A DNA stretch of 64,000 nt from Bacillota bacterium. GTDB taxonomy: Bacteria > Bacillota > Sulfobacillia > Fermentithermobacillales > Fermentithermobacillaceae. A model generated the notes under the pieces. It was not told the origin of the DNA. It saw nothing but the letters and a program-made list of their open reading frames with translations, and ran no database searches. Below, one piece after another: positions 47,606-59,000 of this stretch. The position numbers and the translations under genes are program-made. The DNA lies in contig JBLNCN010000005.1 in the NCBI GenBank assembly GCA_050260675.1, positions 109,347 to 173,346 on the forward strand, written 5' to 3'. Position 1 is the stretch's first letter, and every line of letters begins with the position of its first letter.

Positions 47606-48615
47606 GCCTTCTCCCCTCCCAGCTCGACCATGGTGGAAAGGAAGACGGGACCGTCGGAGCACACGTGGTAGTACCCGGAGACCTCAGCTTCCACGCGGGT
47701 GGCAGCATGAGCACCTTGGCCAGTGATGCCAGGTTCGCCGTAGGTGGGGGCCATCTTGACGGCGCATCCTTTGCATAGGCCGGTCCCGCAGGCCATCCGC
47801 TCTTCCAGCGACACGTAAAGAGTGACGCCGAGTTCACTGCACAGTCTCTTAAGGGATCGAGTCATCGGAGTGGGGCCGCACGAGACAGCTAGGTCATTGG
47901 GACCCGCCGACGCCAAAGCCGACCTAGCCAGGTCGGTAACAAACGAGCGGGGTCCCACGCTGCCGTCGTCCGTACACAGGTCAACTTGGCAGCCAAGGGC
48001 ACGGAGCGGTGCACAGTCATGAAGCAGGTCTGCGCTCCTGGCTCCGTAGAACACCGATACATCCCAGCCGAGACCCATGGCAGACTTGGCAAGCGGGAAC
48101 ATAGGTGCTAACCCCGTGCCGCCGGCAATGAGGAACAGACGACCGGGCTGGCCGCTAGATGAAGTGCCGTGCTGATCGTCTGTTGTGCTGCCCTGGGTAC
48201 TGCTAGTCGAGCTGCTTGAGGCGTTGCTGACCTCGGTATTCTGGCTCTGATGGCGTTTCTGAGATACTTCCGATAGGTCCAATCCATTCCCCAGCGGGCC
48301 CAGTACCATGATCTCGTCGCCGGGCTCCCAGCCCGCCATGATCTCGGTGCCGCGGCCGACCACGTCCCACGTGATGCCGATGATGCCTTCGTCGGGCTCG
48401 ATGGCCGAGAGGCTAAACGGACGGCGGAGGAACGGGTCTACCCCGTCCCTCGCCTTGACCATTACGAATTGCATGGGCTTTGCGGCCCGCGCTATCTGAG
48501 GCGCCGCCAGCAGCGCGCGGACTGAACGCCCGCCGCTCTTCTCTATGGAGAGAACGTGCGCCTTTTCGTCGGCCGCGGTCCTTTGCCCTATCGCATGTCC
48601 TGTCACATGCCTCAT
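47602..48615 (-). CDS. pyrK: Dihydroorotate dehydrogenase B electron-transfer subunit, with two insertions
   Basis: LRRPFSL, VVGRGT, GPLGNG, AGGTGLAP, SCGP, SLEERMACGTGLCKGC...CSDGPVF; ATG 48615 overlaps the pyrC stop. Confidence 0.92.
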   Translation of the reverse strand: MRHVTGHAIGQRTAADEKAHVLSIEKSGGRSVRALLAAPQIARAAKPMQFVMVKARDGVDPFLRRPFSLSAIEPDEGIIGITWDVVGRGTEIMAGWEPGDEIMVLGPLGNGLDLSEVSQKRHQSQNTEVSNASSSSTSSTQGSTTDDQHGTSSSGQPGRLFLIAGGTGLAPMFPLAKSAMGLGWDVSVFYGARSADLLHDCAPLRALGCQVDLCTDDGSVGPRSFVTDLARSALASAGPNDLAVSCGPTPMTRSLKRLCSELGVTLYVSLEERMACGTGLCKGCAVKMAPTYGEPGITGQGAHAATRVEAEVSGYYHVCSDGPVFLSTMVELGGEKA

Positions 48616-49913
48616 CACAGGAGTTTCCTGTCTTTCATGACGATCCTGCCGCCCACTATGGTCGCACAGGCGGCGCCCGCCAGCCTCCATCCCGTGAACG
48701 GGGTGTTTCGCCCCTTGGACTGGAAGAGCCGCGGGTCCACCGACCATTCATATTCGGGGTCGATTACGGTGACGTCCGCTACGGCGCCCTCCGCCAAGGT
48801 TCCCCCCTCGACCCCGAGTATCTTGGCCGGATACAGGCTCATCGCTTCCGCCATCCGGGTCCATGAGATCGTGTTGGTGCTCACCATCTTGTCGACCACG
48901 AGGCCTACTGCGGTCTCCAGACCAACGATCCCGTTCTGAGCGTAATCGTACTCCACCCACTTGTCGTCGATGTGATGGGGAGCGTGGTCGGTGCCGATGG
49001 CGTCGATGGTGCCGTCGGCAAGGGCCGCCTTCAGCGCCTCAACGTCTTCCTTCGAACGCAAAGGTGGGTTCACCTTGGTGTTGGTATCGTATCCCGTCTG
49101 GAGTACCGCATCGTCGGTGAGGGTAAGGTGGTGCGGCGTCACGTCGCAGGTTATCTTGAGGCCTGTCTGCTTGGCCTGGCGCACCAAGTCAACTGAGCCT
49201 TTGGTTGATACATGGGTCAGGTGGATCCTGCAGCCTGTCAGACGCGCGACCATGATGTCCCTCGCGACGCATATCTCTTCGGCCTCGGCGGGTATTCCCC
49301 GGAAACCTGCGATGGTTGAGTTCAGTCCTCGGTTCATCTGCCCGCCTTCGGACAGGGTCTTCTCCTCAGGGTGGTCTATGAGCGTGCAGTCAAACGTCTT
49401 GAGGTATTCAAGGGCGCAGCGCAGCACTTCGGGGGTTGATACCGGGTGTCCGTCGTCGGAGAAAGCGACCGCTCCGGCGGCCCTCATCTCCCCCATCTCC
49501 GCCAGTTCCTTGCCCGCGCTGCCCTTGGTCACCGCGCCGATGGGATACACCCGCACGCGGCCCTTGGCCTGAGCGCGGCGCACTATGTTGCCGACAACAA
49601 CCTCGTTGTCGATGACGGGGTCCGTGTTAGGCATGCACGCGACGGCGGTAAAGCCGCCCATGGCTGCGGCATTGGTGCCGCTCTCAATGTCCTCTTTCTC
49701 CTCGAAGCCGGGTTCACGGAGGTGGACGTGGGGGTCGATGAGGCCCGGCATCACGATCTTGCCGGCGGCGTCCAGGACCGTTGCCCCTTCCTGCTCGATA
49801 CCGGCCGCGACTTTGGCTATCTTGCCGTCGACGATGAGGACGTCGGCCACTTCATCTCGAGACGAGGCGGGATCAACGACTCGCCCACCCTTTATAAGCA
49901 GCATTTCCGCCAT
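48615..49913 (-). CDS. pyrC: Dihydroorotase (type I)
   Basis: IDPHVHLREPG, ACMPNT, FSDDG, HLTHVS, KVNPPLR, TDHAPH. Confidence 0.96.
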   Translation of the reverse strand: MAEMLLIKGGRVVDPASSRDEVADVLIVDGKIAKVAAGIEQEGATVLDAAGKIVMPGLIDPHVHLREPGFEEKEDIESGTNAAAMGGFTAVACMPNTDPVIDNEVVVGNIVRRAQAKGRVRVYPIGAVTKGSAGKELAEMGEMRAAGAVAFSDDGHPVSTPEVLRCALEYLKTFDCTLIDHPEEKTLSEGGQMNRGLNSTIAGFRGIPAEAEEICVARDIMVARLTGCRIHLTHVSTKGSVDLVRQAKQTGLKITCDVTPHHLTLTDDAVLQTGYDTNTKVNPPLRSKEDVEALKAALADGTIDAIGTDHAPHHIDDKWVEYDYAQNGIVGLETAVGLVVDKMVSTNTISWTRMAEAMSLYPAKILGVEGGTLAEGAVADVTVIDPEYEWSVDPRLFQSKGRNTPFTGWRLAGAACATIVGGRIVMKDRKLL

Positions 49914-50836
49914 TAGTCTCTGCCTCCCAGGATGAGATAAAGGATGGCCATCCGCACCGCCACGCCGCTTGTGACCTGGTCAAGGATGACCGAGGTCGGT
50001 GAATCCGCGACGTCGGTGGTGATCTCGACACCCCTGTTCATGGGTCCCGGGTGCATGACTAGCGCGTCTTCCTTGGCGAGACGCAGGCGTTCTCTGTTAA
50101 GGCCGAAGAAGTCGTGGTACTCCTTCTTGCTTGGGAAGAGGCTCTTTGTCTGGCGTTCCAGCTGGAGCCTGAGTGAGTACACAACATCGGCTCCCTCAAT
50201 GGCTTCCTCAACCCTGTTGTAGACCTTGACGCCCAATTCGCTCACGTAGGGGGGCATCAAGGTCCCGGGGGCCGCGAGCGCCACTTCGGCGCCCATCTTG
50301 GTGAGGCCCCAGATGTTGGAGCGGGCTACCCTCGAATGCATGACGTCGCCCAGGATCGCGACCTTCAGGCCGCGGATCTTGGACTTGTACTCGAGGATGG
50401 TGAAGATGTCCAAGAGCCCCTGAGTGGGGTGCTCGTGCATGCCGTCTCCGGCGTTGATGACCGGCACGTCCAGCACCTTTGCGAGGAAGTGGCACGAACC
50501 GGAGACCGAGTGCCGCATAATTGCCACATCGATGCCCATGACCTCGAGGTTCCGGGCGGTATCAGAGAGCGTTTCGCCCTTCTGTACCGAGGAGCCCGAA
50601 GGAGCTATGGACACCGTATCGGCCGACATGTACTTTGCTGCAAGTTCAAACGAAGTCCTTGTCCTCGTGGAGGCCTCGTAGAAGAGGGTGCAGACGACCT
50701 TGCCACGGAGGGTGGGAACTTTCTTGATGGGACGGGAAAGGATCTCCTTGAGCGAGCGCGCAGTGGACAGGACCTGCTCCATGTCCTCCCGCGAGAGCTC
50801 CTGGAGGGATAGAAGGTCGTTTCCTTTCAGGGCCAA
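49913..50836 (-). CDS. pyrB: Aspartate carbamoyltransferase catalytic subunit
   Basis: [50 protein letters not shown]. Confidence 0.97.
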   Translation of the reverse strand: MALKGNDLLSLQELSREDMEQVLSTARSLKEILSRPIKKVPTLRGKVVCTLFYEASTRTRTSFELAAKYMSADTVSIAPSGSSVQKGETLSDTARNLEVMGIDVAIMRHSVSGSCHFLAKVLDVPVINAGDGMHEHPTQGLLDIFTILEYKSKIRGLKVAILGDVMHSRVARSNIWGLTKMGAEVALAAPGTLMPPYVSELGVKVYNRVEEAIEGADVVYSLRLQLERQTKSLFPSKKEYHDFFGLNRERLRLAKEDALVMHPGPMNRGVEITTDVADSPTSVILDQVTSGVAVRMAILYLILGGRD

Positions 50837-50866
50837 GTTAACCCTCCTCAGGTATGGGGATTCGGC

Positions 50867-51624
<758 letters not shown>

Positions 51625-51724
51625 GGAGAAGCCGAATCAACTACAGGCCGACCCAAGGGCCTCACAAGTGACGAGGGATTCCTCCTGCATACGCTTGAGG
51701 GTCGGGTACTCCACCAAGTTTTCG

Positions 51725-51754
51725 TTGACACACTCCGGTGCTCCGTGGTAAACC
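51725..51754 (+). promoter_or_regulatory. Sigma-A promoter of the Tyr T-box operon
   Basis: TTGACA-N18-TAAACC with TG extension. Confidence 0.6.
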
Positions 51755-51774
51755 CTGTTCAACAATCTCGTTTG

Positions 51775-52105
51775 GGCGTTGACGAGGAGAAGTAGTCAGG
51801 CGAGGCTGCAAAGAGAGCTCGGGGTCGGTGCGACCGGGACGGCAGACCTGGCGAAATACACCTCCGAGCCTCCGGTTGAACCCGGTCCGGCATGTTAAGG
51901 CATCCAGCGCGGCTGCGCGGCAAGGATGCAAGTAGCCGACGGAAGTAGACTCAGGCGGACCTTCCACCGTTACAAGGAAGAGGGCATCGCTTCCCTGCCT
52001 GCAGCAGAACGAAGCCGTGTCCTATGAGCGGGTCTTCCGACCAAAAAGGGTGGTACCGCGGGCCACAACCCCGTCCCTTCTGAGGGACAGGGGCTTTTTG
52101 TTTTG
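51775..52105 (+). ncRNA. T-box riboswitch, specifier UAC (Tyr)
   Basis: Stem I with AGTAG and AGAGAG motifs, specifier loop GAAA-TAC-A-CCTC (TAC at 51857-51859), CCGTTA box, T-box AAGGGTGGTACCGCG (52026-52040), terminator CCCCGTCCCT/AGGGACAGGGG plus T-tract. Confidence 0.9.
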
Positions 52106-52170
52106 AAGAGGGCGCTCATCTCACCTGCTTTCGACCGGCAAGAGATTGTTCAAGAAGGGGTGAGATAGTC

Positions 52171-53565
52171 ATGAGAAAAGAGCCGACGTTAGCGCAGGCC
52201 GCCCTGCTCTTTGGAGCATCGGTGGCGACGGTGGTGCTGGGGCTGCGACTCAAGGCAGGGATGCAGCTGCCGGTGCTGTTGGGAGTCGCTGTCGCCGCAA
52301 TAGGTGCGCGGATGCTCGGTATCCGTTGGCCCAAGATCCAGGCCGCGATGTTCTCCGGGGTCACTGATGGGATGCCAGCAGTGTCCATCCTGCTCCTGGT
52401 TGGGGCAACCATCGGGCTGTGGATTGCGGGGGGCGCGATCCCCACGATGATCTGGTACGGTCTCAAGTGGCTAAATCCGTCGACTCTAGTGCCCGCGGCA
52501 TGCATTTTGACCGCGCTTGTTGCATCGGCAACCGGGACGTCCTTCGGTACCATCGCTACCATAGGGTTGGCGCTGATGGGGATCGGGGAGGCATCGGGGG
52601 TCCCTGCACCGCTGCTCGCGGGCGCAATCGTGTCGGGAGCCTACTTTGGAGACAAGATGTCGCCTATGTCGGATACCACGAACGTGGCGCCTGCCGTCTC
52701 CGGAGCCACGCTCTACGAGCACATTTCCTCAATGGTGGCGACTACGCTTCCGTCGCTCCTACTGGCCGTGGCGGGATTCTGGGTACTCGGCAGAACGGCC
52801 GCCCCGCCTTCCACCGGAGTTGAGGCCATGCTGGCCCACCGGGCGACGCTGGAGAGCGCCTTCAGACTGGGTCCGCTGACGCTCATACCGGTACTTACGC
52901 TGGCGATCTTGTCGATCAGGAAAGTCCCCGCAGTGCCCGCCCTTGCGACGTCCCTGGTGGTATCCGCGATAACTGTCATGGCCGTGCAGGGAATGGGCAT
53001 CCTCCCCATCGCGAAGATCGCGTCGGATGGGTTTGTGTCGAAGACCGGCAGCCCCATGTTCGACAGCCTTCTGACCAGAGGCGGGGTCATGGCTATGATG
53101 CCGACGGTCCTGCTCATCATCGGAGCGACAGCCATGGGCGGCGTGCTCAAAGAATCTGGAGCGCCTGAACGGTTGGTCAAGGAGGTCCTGGCCCGCGTGA
53201 AGAGCGCCGGGGGCCTCGTCATCTCCGTCATTTCGGCCTGCTACCTTACCCTATTGGCATCGGGCAACCAGATGCTCGCCATCATCCTGCCCGGGCAGGC
53301 CTTCAAGGAAGCCTTCCCGAGGAGGGGCATCCATCCCAAAGTGCTTTCACGGACTTTGGAGGATGCGGGAACTCTCGGCGCACCCCTCGTTCCGTGGAGC
53401 ACAGCCTCCCTGTTCATCTACGGCGTGCTCAAAGTGCCTGCCACCGCGTATGCGCGATACGCCCTATTGAACTGGATGGTCCCCATCGTGGCGATCGGGT
53501 ACGCGCTCACAGGAATGTTTCTATGGAAAGAGAAGAATGAGACAAAAGAGGAGGATGTCAAGTGA
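52171..53565 (+). CDS. NhaC-family transporter, probable tyrosine (TyrT-like) permease
   Basis: GTSFGTIATIG, GAIVSGAYFGDKMSPMSDTT, LSRTLED.GT...LVPW NhaC signatures; Tyr T-box upstream. Confidence 0.88.
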   Translation: MRKEPTLAQAALLFGASVATVVLGLRLKAGMQLPVLLGVAVAAIGARMLGIRWPKIQAAMFSGVTDGMPAVSILLLVGATIGLWIAGGAIPTMIWYGLKWLNPSTLVPAACILTALVASATGTSFGTIATIGLALMGIGEASGVPAPLLAGAIVSGAYFGDKMSPMSDTTNVAPAVSGATLYEHISSMVATTLPSLLLAVAGFWVLGRTAAPPSTGVEAMLAHRATLESAFRLGPLTLIPVLTLAILSIRKVPAVPALATSLVVSAITVMAVQGMGILPIAKIASDGFVSKTGSPMFDSLLTRGGVMAMMPTVLLIIGATAMGGVLKESGAPERLVKEVLARVKSAGGLVISVISACYLTLLASGNQMLAIILPGQAFKEAFPRRGIHPKVLSRTLEDAGTLGAPLVPWSTASLFIYGVLKVPATAYARYALLNWMVPIVAIGYALTGMFLWKEKNETKEEDVK

Positions 53566-54536
53566 TCATCGACGTACACAACCACTTTTACCCCAAGGCC
53601 TACCTGGACGCTCTGAAGAAGGGCGACTGCGTGGCAAAGGCGGGCCAGGACGGGTCAGGGAACCTGCTGGTCATCTATGAGGGCGACTTCAACGTGGTGG
53701 ATCGCGGGCACGCCGACGAGAACTTCCGCCTGGAGGAGATCAAGCGCCACGGCATCGACCTGCAAGTGCTCACGATGACCACTCCCGGCGTCCACATCGA
53801 GGAGAAGTCCCGGGGGATCGAGCTGGCCAGGGCATCCAACGAAGGTTTCGCCGAGATCGTGAAAGCGAGCCGCGGGCACTACAAGGCTCTGGCTGCCCTG
53901 CCGCTGCAGTCCCCGGAGGACGCAGCCGCCGAGCTCACCCACGCCGTAAAGAACCTGGGACTTGCAGGCGGCACCGTGTTCACCAACGTGAACGGCAAGA
54001 CGCTTGACCTCCCCGAGTTTGAGCCTCTCCTCGCTGCGGCTCAAGAACTGGACGTCCCCCTGTTCATACACCCGACGACTCCGGTTCCGGCCGACTCCTA
54101 TCTGGACTACAGGCTTTCCGCGGCTGTGGGGTTCTGTTTCGATACGACCATCCTGGTATCACGCCTGATCTTCTCGGGAACGCTGGACCGGTTCCCGCGG
54201 CTGAAACTGGTGGCCTCGCACCTGGGCGGCACTCTCCCCTACCTGTTCGAGCGCCTGGACAGGAGCTACATCGCGTATCCCGAGTGCAAGAAGGTCCAGG
54301 GCCTGCCATCCGACTATCTGAAGAAGATCTTCTACGACTGCGTCCTGTTCGACCCGCGGACCGTCGCTTACGCCATCGACGTCTTCGGGGCCAGCCAGTT
54401 CATGGTGGGGAGCGATTACCCGCACCAGATCGGCAGCCTGGCCAAGGCGGTCCGGGTGATCGAGGACCTGCCGCTGGCCAATGAAGTGAAGAACCAGATC
54501 TTCGGAGCCAACGCTCGCAGGGTGTTCAAGATCTAG
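53562..54536 (+). CDS. Amidohydrolase-2 family metalloenzyme (ACMSD/LigW/aromatic acid decarboxylase-like)
   Basis: IIDVHNH (HxH), LFIHP, ASHLGGTLPY, GSDYPH, IFGANARR. Confidence 0.85.
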   Translation: MIIDVHNHFYPKAYLDALKKGDCVAKAGQDGSGNLLVIYEGDFNVVDRGHADENFRLEEIKRHGIDLQVLTMTTPGVHIEEKSRGIELARASNEGFAEIVKASRGHYKALAALPLQSPEDAAAELTHAVKNLGLAGGTVFTNVNGKTLDLPEFEPLLAAAQELDVPLFIHPTTPVPADSYLDYRLSAAVGFCFDTTILVSRLIFSGTLDRFPRLKLVASHLGGTLPYLFERLDRSYIAYPECKKVQGLPSDYLKKIFYDCVLFDPRTVAYAIDVFGASQFMVGSDYPHQIGSLAKAVRVIEDLPLANEVKNQIFGANARRVFKI

Positions 54537-54583
54537 CGCACCTGGTAGCTCACCTGGAGCGGGCTTCCGCAGGTCATGCTCTT

Positions 54584-54618
54584 ACGGGATCCGGGGGCGG
54601 GGCGCTCCCGGATCCCGT
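54584..54618. other. Strong intercistronic hairpin without U-tract
   Basis: 12-bp IR ACGGGATCCGGG / CCCGGATCCCGT. Confidence 0.55.
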
Positions 54619-54637
54619 CGGCGAGGAGGAGACCGCC

Positions 54638-55627
54638 TTGATCACAATCCGCGACATCATGCGCGCCAGAGACGGCATTTCCCGCCACGTGCTGCGAACG
54701 CCCATGGTTCTTTCCGATTACCTATCGGATGTGACCGGCGCCACCGTCCATCTCAAACTTGAGTGCCTCCAGCGGCTGAACTCCTTCAAGGTCCGCGGGG
54801 CTATGAACAAGTTCCTCTCCCTAACCCGTGACGAGCGGGAGAAGGGCGTACTGGCCGTCTCATCCGGCAATCACGGTGCTGCGGTGAGCTATTGCGCCAA
54901 GATGCTGGGGGTTACCGCCGATGTCTTCGTCCCTGCCGGCACGCCTGCCGCCAAGCTGGACAAGATACGCAGGTACGGGGCCAATCTCCATATCGAGGGC
55001 GCGACGTATGACGAGTCTCACGCCCTGGCCAAGGCGTACTTATCCAGGACGGACAAAGTCTACGTGGACCCCGCCTCAGACGAGGTCGCGATCGCGGGAC
55101 ACGGGACTATCGGGCTCGAGATTGTGGAAGACCTGCCGAGGGTGGACGCTGTCCTGGTGCCTGTGGGAGGCGGAGGGCTCATCACCGGCGTCAGCCTTGC
55201 CTCCAAGGCGATGCACCCGGTCAAGGTGATCGGCGTTCAGACCGAGGCCTGCCCCGCGATGCTGGCAGCGCTGGAGGACAAGACGTTCTACGAGGACTAC
55301 CCGTCCAAGCCATCCATCTGTGATGCCGTCGTCGGCGGCATAGGCGAGATAGGCTACACCTACGCCGAGAAGTGCATCGACCAGGTGGTTACCGCAAGCG
55401 AGGGCGCGGTCCGGGAGGCCATGGTGGAGCTGCTCCGCAGGGACAAGGTAGTGGCTGAGCCGTCGGGCGCCCTGGGAGTTGCCTACCTGCTGGAGCACCC
55501 CGACGAGTTCGCGGGTATGAACGTGGCTGTAGTCGTGTCAGGCGGCAACGTCGACTTTGGGCTGCTGCGGAACACGCTTGCGGCGTTTGCCGACAAGTCG
55601 AGAGGGCTGGGCCAGCCGCCGATCTAG
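54638..55627 (+). CDS. PLP fold-type II ammonia-lyase/racemase (threonine/serine dehydratase family, no ACT domain)
   Basis: KLECLQRLNSFKVRGA (PLP Lys), SSGNHG, PVGGGGL, EPSGA, VVSGGNVD. Confidence 0.9.
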   Translation: MITIRDIMRARDGISRHVLRTPMVLSDYLSDVTGATVHLKLECLQRLNSFKVRGAMNKFLSLTRDEREKGVLAVSSGNHGAAVSYCAKMLGVTADVFVPAGTPAAKLDKIRRYGANLHIEGATYDESHALAKAYLSRTDKVYVDPASDEVAIAGHGTIGLEIVEDLPRVDAVLVPVGGGGLITGVSLASKAMHPVKVIGVQTEACPAMLAALEDKTFYEDYPSKPSICDAVVGGIGEIGYTYAEKCIDQVVTASEGAVREAMVELLRRDKVVAEPSGALGVAYLLEHPDEFAGMNVAVVVSGGNVDFGLLRNTLAAFADKSRGLGQPPI

Positions 55628-55703
55628 CCCCCGTCAGCGTCCACATCTACGTGCTCTCTGCGTGCTCGCCCAAACAGGTCCGCGGCCATGCCTCTCACCC
55701 GTC

Positions 55704-55732
55704 TCGACTTCGTTATCCCATCGTGATAGAAT
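55704..55732 (+). promoter_or_regulatory. Sigma-A promoter of ileS
   Basis: TCGACT-N17-TAGAAT with TG extension. Confidence 0.55.
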
Positions 55733-55746
55733 CCTGGCAATATCCA

Positions 55747-56048
55747 GCGATGACGGGGACGAGTAGGAGTCTACCAGGGTCAAAGAGAGCCGGCGGCGGT
55801 GGGATGCCGGTACCAGGGCACTCGCGAAAATCACCCCTGAGCTGAAGGCCGAACCGTGAGTAGGCCGACCGCTTTGCCCCCGTTAGAGGGCACAAAAGTG
55901 AGCCTGCCGGCCGTAGATGGCGCCCGCGTCGCCCCGTGAGGCCCTGGGTGTTCAAGCCTCAATCGAGCGAGTCCAGCAAGCGAGTCCGGGCAGGCTAAGC
56001 TGGGTGGTACCGCGACCCAAGGTCGTCCCATGAGGACGCCTTTTTTGT
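55747..56048 (+). ncRNA. T-box riboswitch, specifier AUC (Ile)
   Basis: Stem I GCGATGACGGGG...AGAGAGCC...GAAA-ATC-A-CCCC (ATC at 55830-55832), CCGTTA box, T-box CTGGGTGGTACCGCG, terminator with T-tract directly before ileS. Confidence 0.92.
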
Positions 56049-56067
56049 TTGGAATGGAGGAATCTAA

Positions 56068-59000
56068 ATGGGCAGGTTTAGAGAGGTTGACCCCAAACGG
56101 CCGGTGAATGACGCCGAGAACGCCGTCTTGCAGTACTGGCGCGACAACGATATCCCGACCAAGAGCGTCACAGAGCGTGAGGGCAGGCCCGAGTGGATCT
56201 TCTACGAAGGTCCGCCTACGGCCAACGGTCGTCCGGGTATCCACCACGTGCTCTCCAGGATGCTGAAGGACGTCGCCTGCCGCTACAAGACCATGCAGGG
56301 CTATCAGGTCCGGCGGAAGGCAGGATGGGATACTCACGGACTTCCTGTCGAGCTTGAGGTCGAGAAGAAACTCGGGCTTTCGTCCAAACCCGAGATCGAA
56401 GAGTACGGCATCGAAGAGTTCAACAGACAGTGCCGCGAGTCGGTCTTCAACTACCTCAAGGAGTGGCGGGAACTCACTGAGCGTATCGGCTACTGGATTG
56501 ACATGGACCGTCCCTACATGACCCTGTTCAACGAGTATGTTGAGACCGAGTGGTGGATCCTGAAGAAGTACTTCGACGCGGGCCTCATCTACGAAGGCCA
56601 TAAGGTCATGCCCTACTGCCCCCGCTGCGGGACCCCCCTGGCCTCCCACGAAGTGGCGCAGGGCTACGAGGATGAGACAATCGACTCCATCTACGTGAAG
56701 ATCAAGGTCAAGGGTAAGGACGAGTACCTGCTCATATGGACCACCACGCCCTGGACGCTGCCCTCCAACGTGGGCATCGCCGTGAACCCCGAAAACACCT
56801 ACGTGCGGGCCCGCAAGGGCGACGAGGTGCTAATCGTGGTCAAGGAGCGAGTAGTTCCCCTCCTGGGCGAAGATGCCGAGATCCTCGAAGAGTTTCCGGG
56901 CAAAGCGCTTGAGTATCTGGAGTACGAGCCGGTCTTCCCCTTTGCGGAGAAAGCGATGCCGGCCGGGTCAAAGGCGTTTTTCGTGACCCTGGCCGACTAT
57001 GTCTCCACCGAAGACGGCACGGGCCTAGTGCACATGGCCGCGGCCTACGGCGAGGACGACTACAAGGTGTGCCAGCAGTACGGCATCCCTCTCATCCATA
57101 TGGTCGATGAGCAGGGCAAGTTCGTCCCGGCTGTATGCGATTGGGCCGGCACCTTCGTCTTCGACGCCAACCCATCCATCGTGAGGAAACTGCGCAGCAC
57201 GGGGCAGCTCTTCAAGACCGAACGCCTCACCCACTCCTATCCCCACTGCTGGCGCTGCAGCACTCCTCTGGTGTACTACGCGAGGAAGTCCTGGTACATC
57301 GCGACGACCAAGTACCAGGACAGGCTGATCGAGGCCAACAAGAAGGTCAAATGGTACCCGGAGCACGTCGGCACCGGGCGGATGGGCAATTGGCTTGAAA
57401 ACCTTGTGGATTGGTCGCTTTCCAGGAACCGCTACTGGGGTACCCCGCTTAACATCTGGAAGTGCGAGGAGTGCGGGAAGCTCGAGTGCATCGGTTCTCG
57501 TAAGGAACTGGCCGAAAAGGCAATCGAGAAGATCGATCCCGAAACCTTCGACCCCCACAGGCCCTACGTGGACCGGGTTCACCTGAAGTGCGAGTGCGGC
57601 GGCCGCATGACCAGGACTCCCGAGGTCATCGACTGCTGGTTCGATTCGGGGTCCATGCCCTACGGACAGTGGCACTACCCCTTCGAGCATAAGGAGGATT
57701 TCCACAAGCTCTTCCCCGCCGACTTCATCTGCGAGGGACTGGACCAGACCAGAGGCTGGTTCTACACGCTCCTGGCTATCGCCACGTTCCTGTTCGACCA
57801 GTCGTCGTTCAAGAGCGTCCTCGTTAACGACCTGGTACTGGACAAAGACGGCCAGAAGATGTCTAAATCCAGAGGCAATACCGTCGACCCGTGGGACATG
57901 ATCAATCGCTTCGGCGTGGATGCGTTGCGCTGGTACCTTCTTGCGGTCTCGCCGCCCTGGGTGCCGACCAGGTTTGACGCCGAGGGAGTCAAGGAGGTCG
58001 CGTCCAGGTTCTTTGGGACGCTGCAGAACGTCTACTCCTTCTTCACGCTCTACGCCAACATCGACGAACTGGACCCCAAGGAGTTCGACATCCCGGTCGC
58101 CGACCGGCCTGAGATCGACAGGTGGATCATCTCCCGCATGAACTCCCTGGTGAAGCAGGTCAGGGCTGAAATGGAGTCCTATGAACTGACTCGGGTCGTG
58201 CGGTCAATAGCCGCCTTCGTGGTTGATGAGGTGTCCAACTGGTACGTGCGGAGGACCAGGGAGCGGTTCTGGTCCAATGAGTTTGACCTCTCCAAGAAGT
58301 CGGCGTACCGGACGCTGTACGAGGTGCTGGTAGGCGTAGCGAAACTCATCGCGCCGTTCGCGCCGTTCATTGCGGACGACATCTACCTGAACCTGACGGG
58401 GGCTGAACAGAACACGGCCTCCTGCCGGTCCGTTCACCTGGATATGTACCCCGAATCCGACGAATCGCTGGTTGATCCTGAGCTGGAGGAGCGGATGGGA
58501 CTGGTCATCACCCTGGTCTCCCTGGGCCGCGCTGTCCGCAACAAGGTCCAGATCAAGGTGAGGCAGCCCCTACGCAAGATGCTAGTCAACGGCAAGTCCC
58601 GGAGCGTGCTGGCCCGCATGGAGGACCTCCTGAAAGAGGAACTCAATGTTAAGGAAGTCGTGTACGTGGACAGCCTGAACGATTACGTTTCCTTCGAGGT
58701 CAGGCCGAACCTTCCGGTCGCCGGCCCGAAGTACGGCAAACTGCTGCGCTCCATCATGGCGGCGCTGCCCAAAGCAGACGCCGGAGTGCTTGCCAGAGAA
58801 GTTGACGCGAAGGGCCAGGTAGATCTGGTGTTGGATGTGCCCGGCGATGCAGCTCAGCAGGCCGTCTCGGACCTCCAGCCGGCAGCGCGGCTGGTGGACG
58901 GGAGGCTAGTCCTGAGCCTCTCCAAGGAGGACCTGGACGTCCGGATCCACGCTCTCGAAGGTTTCGCCGTGGAGGTCGAAGGCGACCAGTTCGTCATCCT

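Noticed and set aside
47900-48270. Intein in PyrK
   Set aside because: The insert is only about 35 aa of low complexity and lacks intein N-terminal (C/S) block A and C-terminal HN motifs.
55831-56649. 272-aa minus-strand ORF overlapping the ileS start
   Set aside because: It is antisense to ileS and its T-box, with no motifs.
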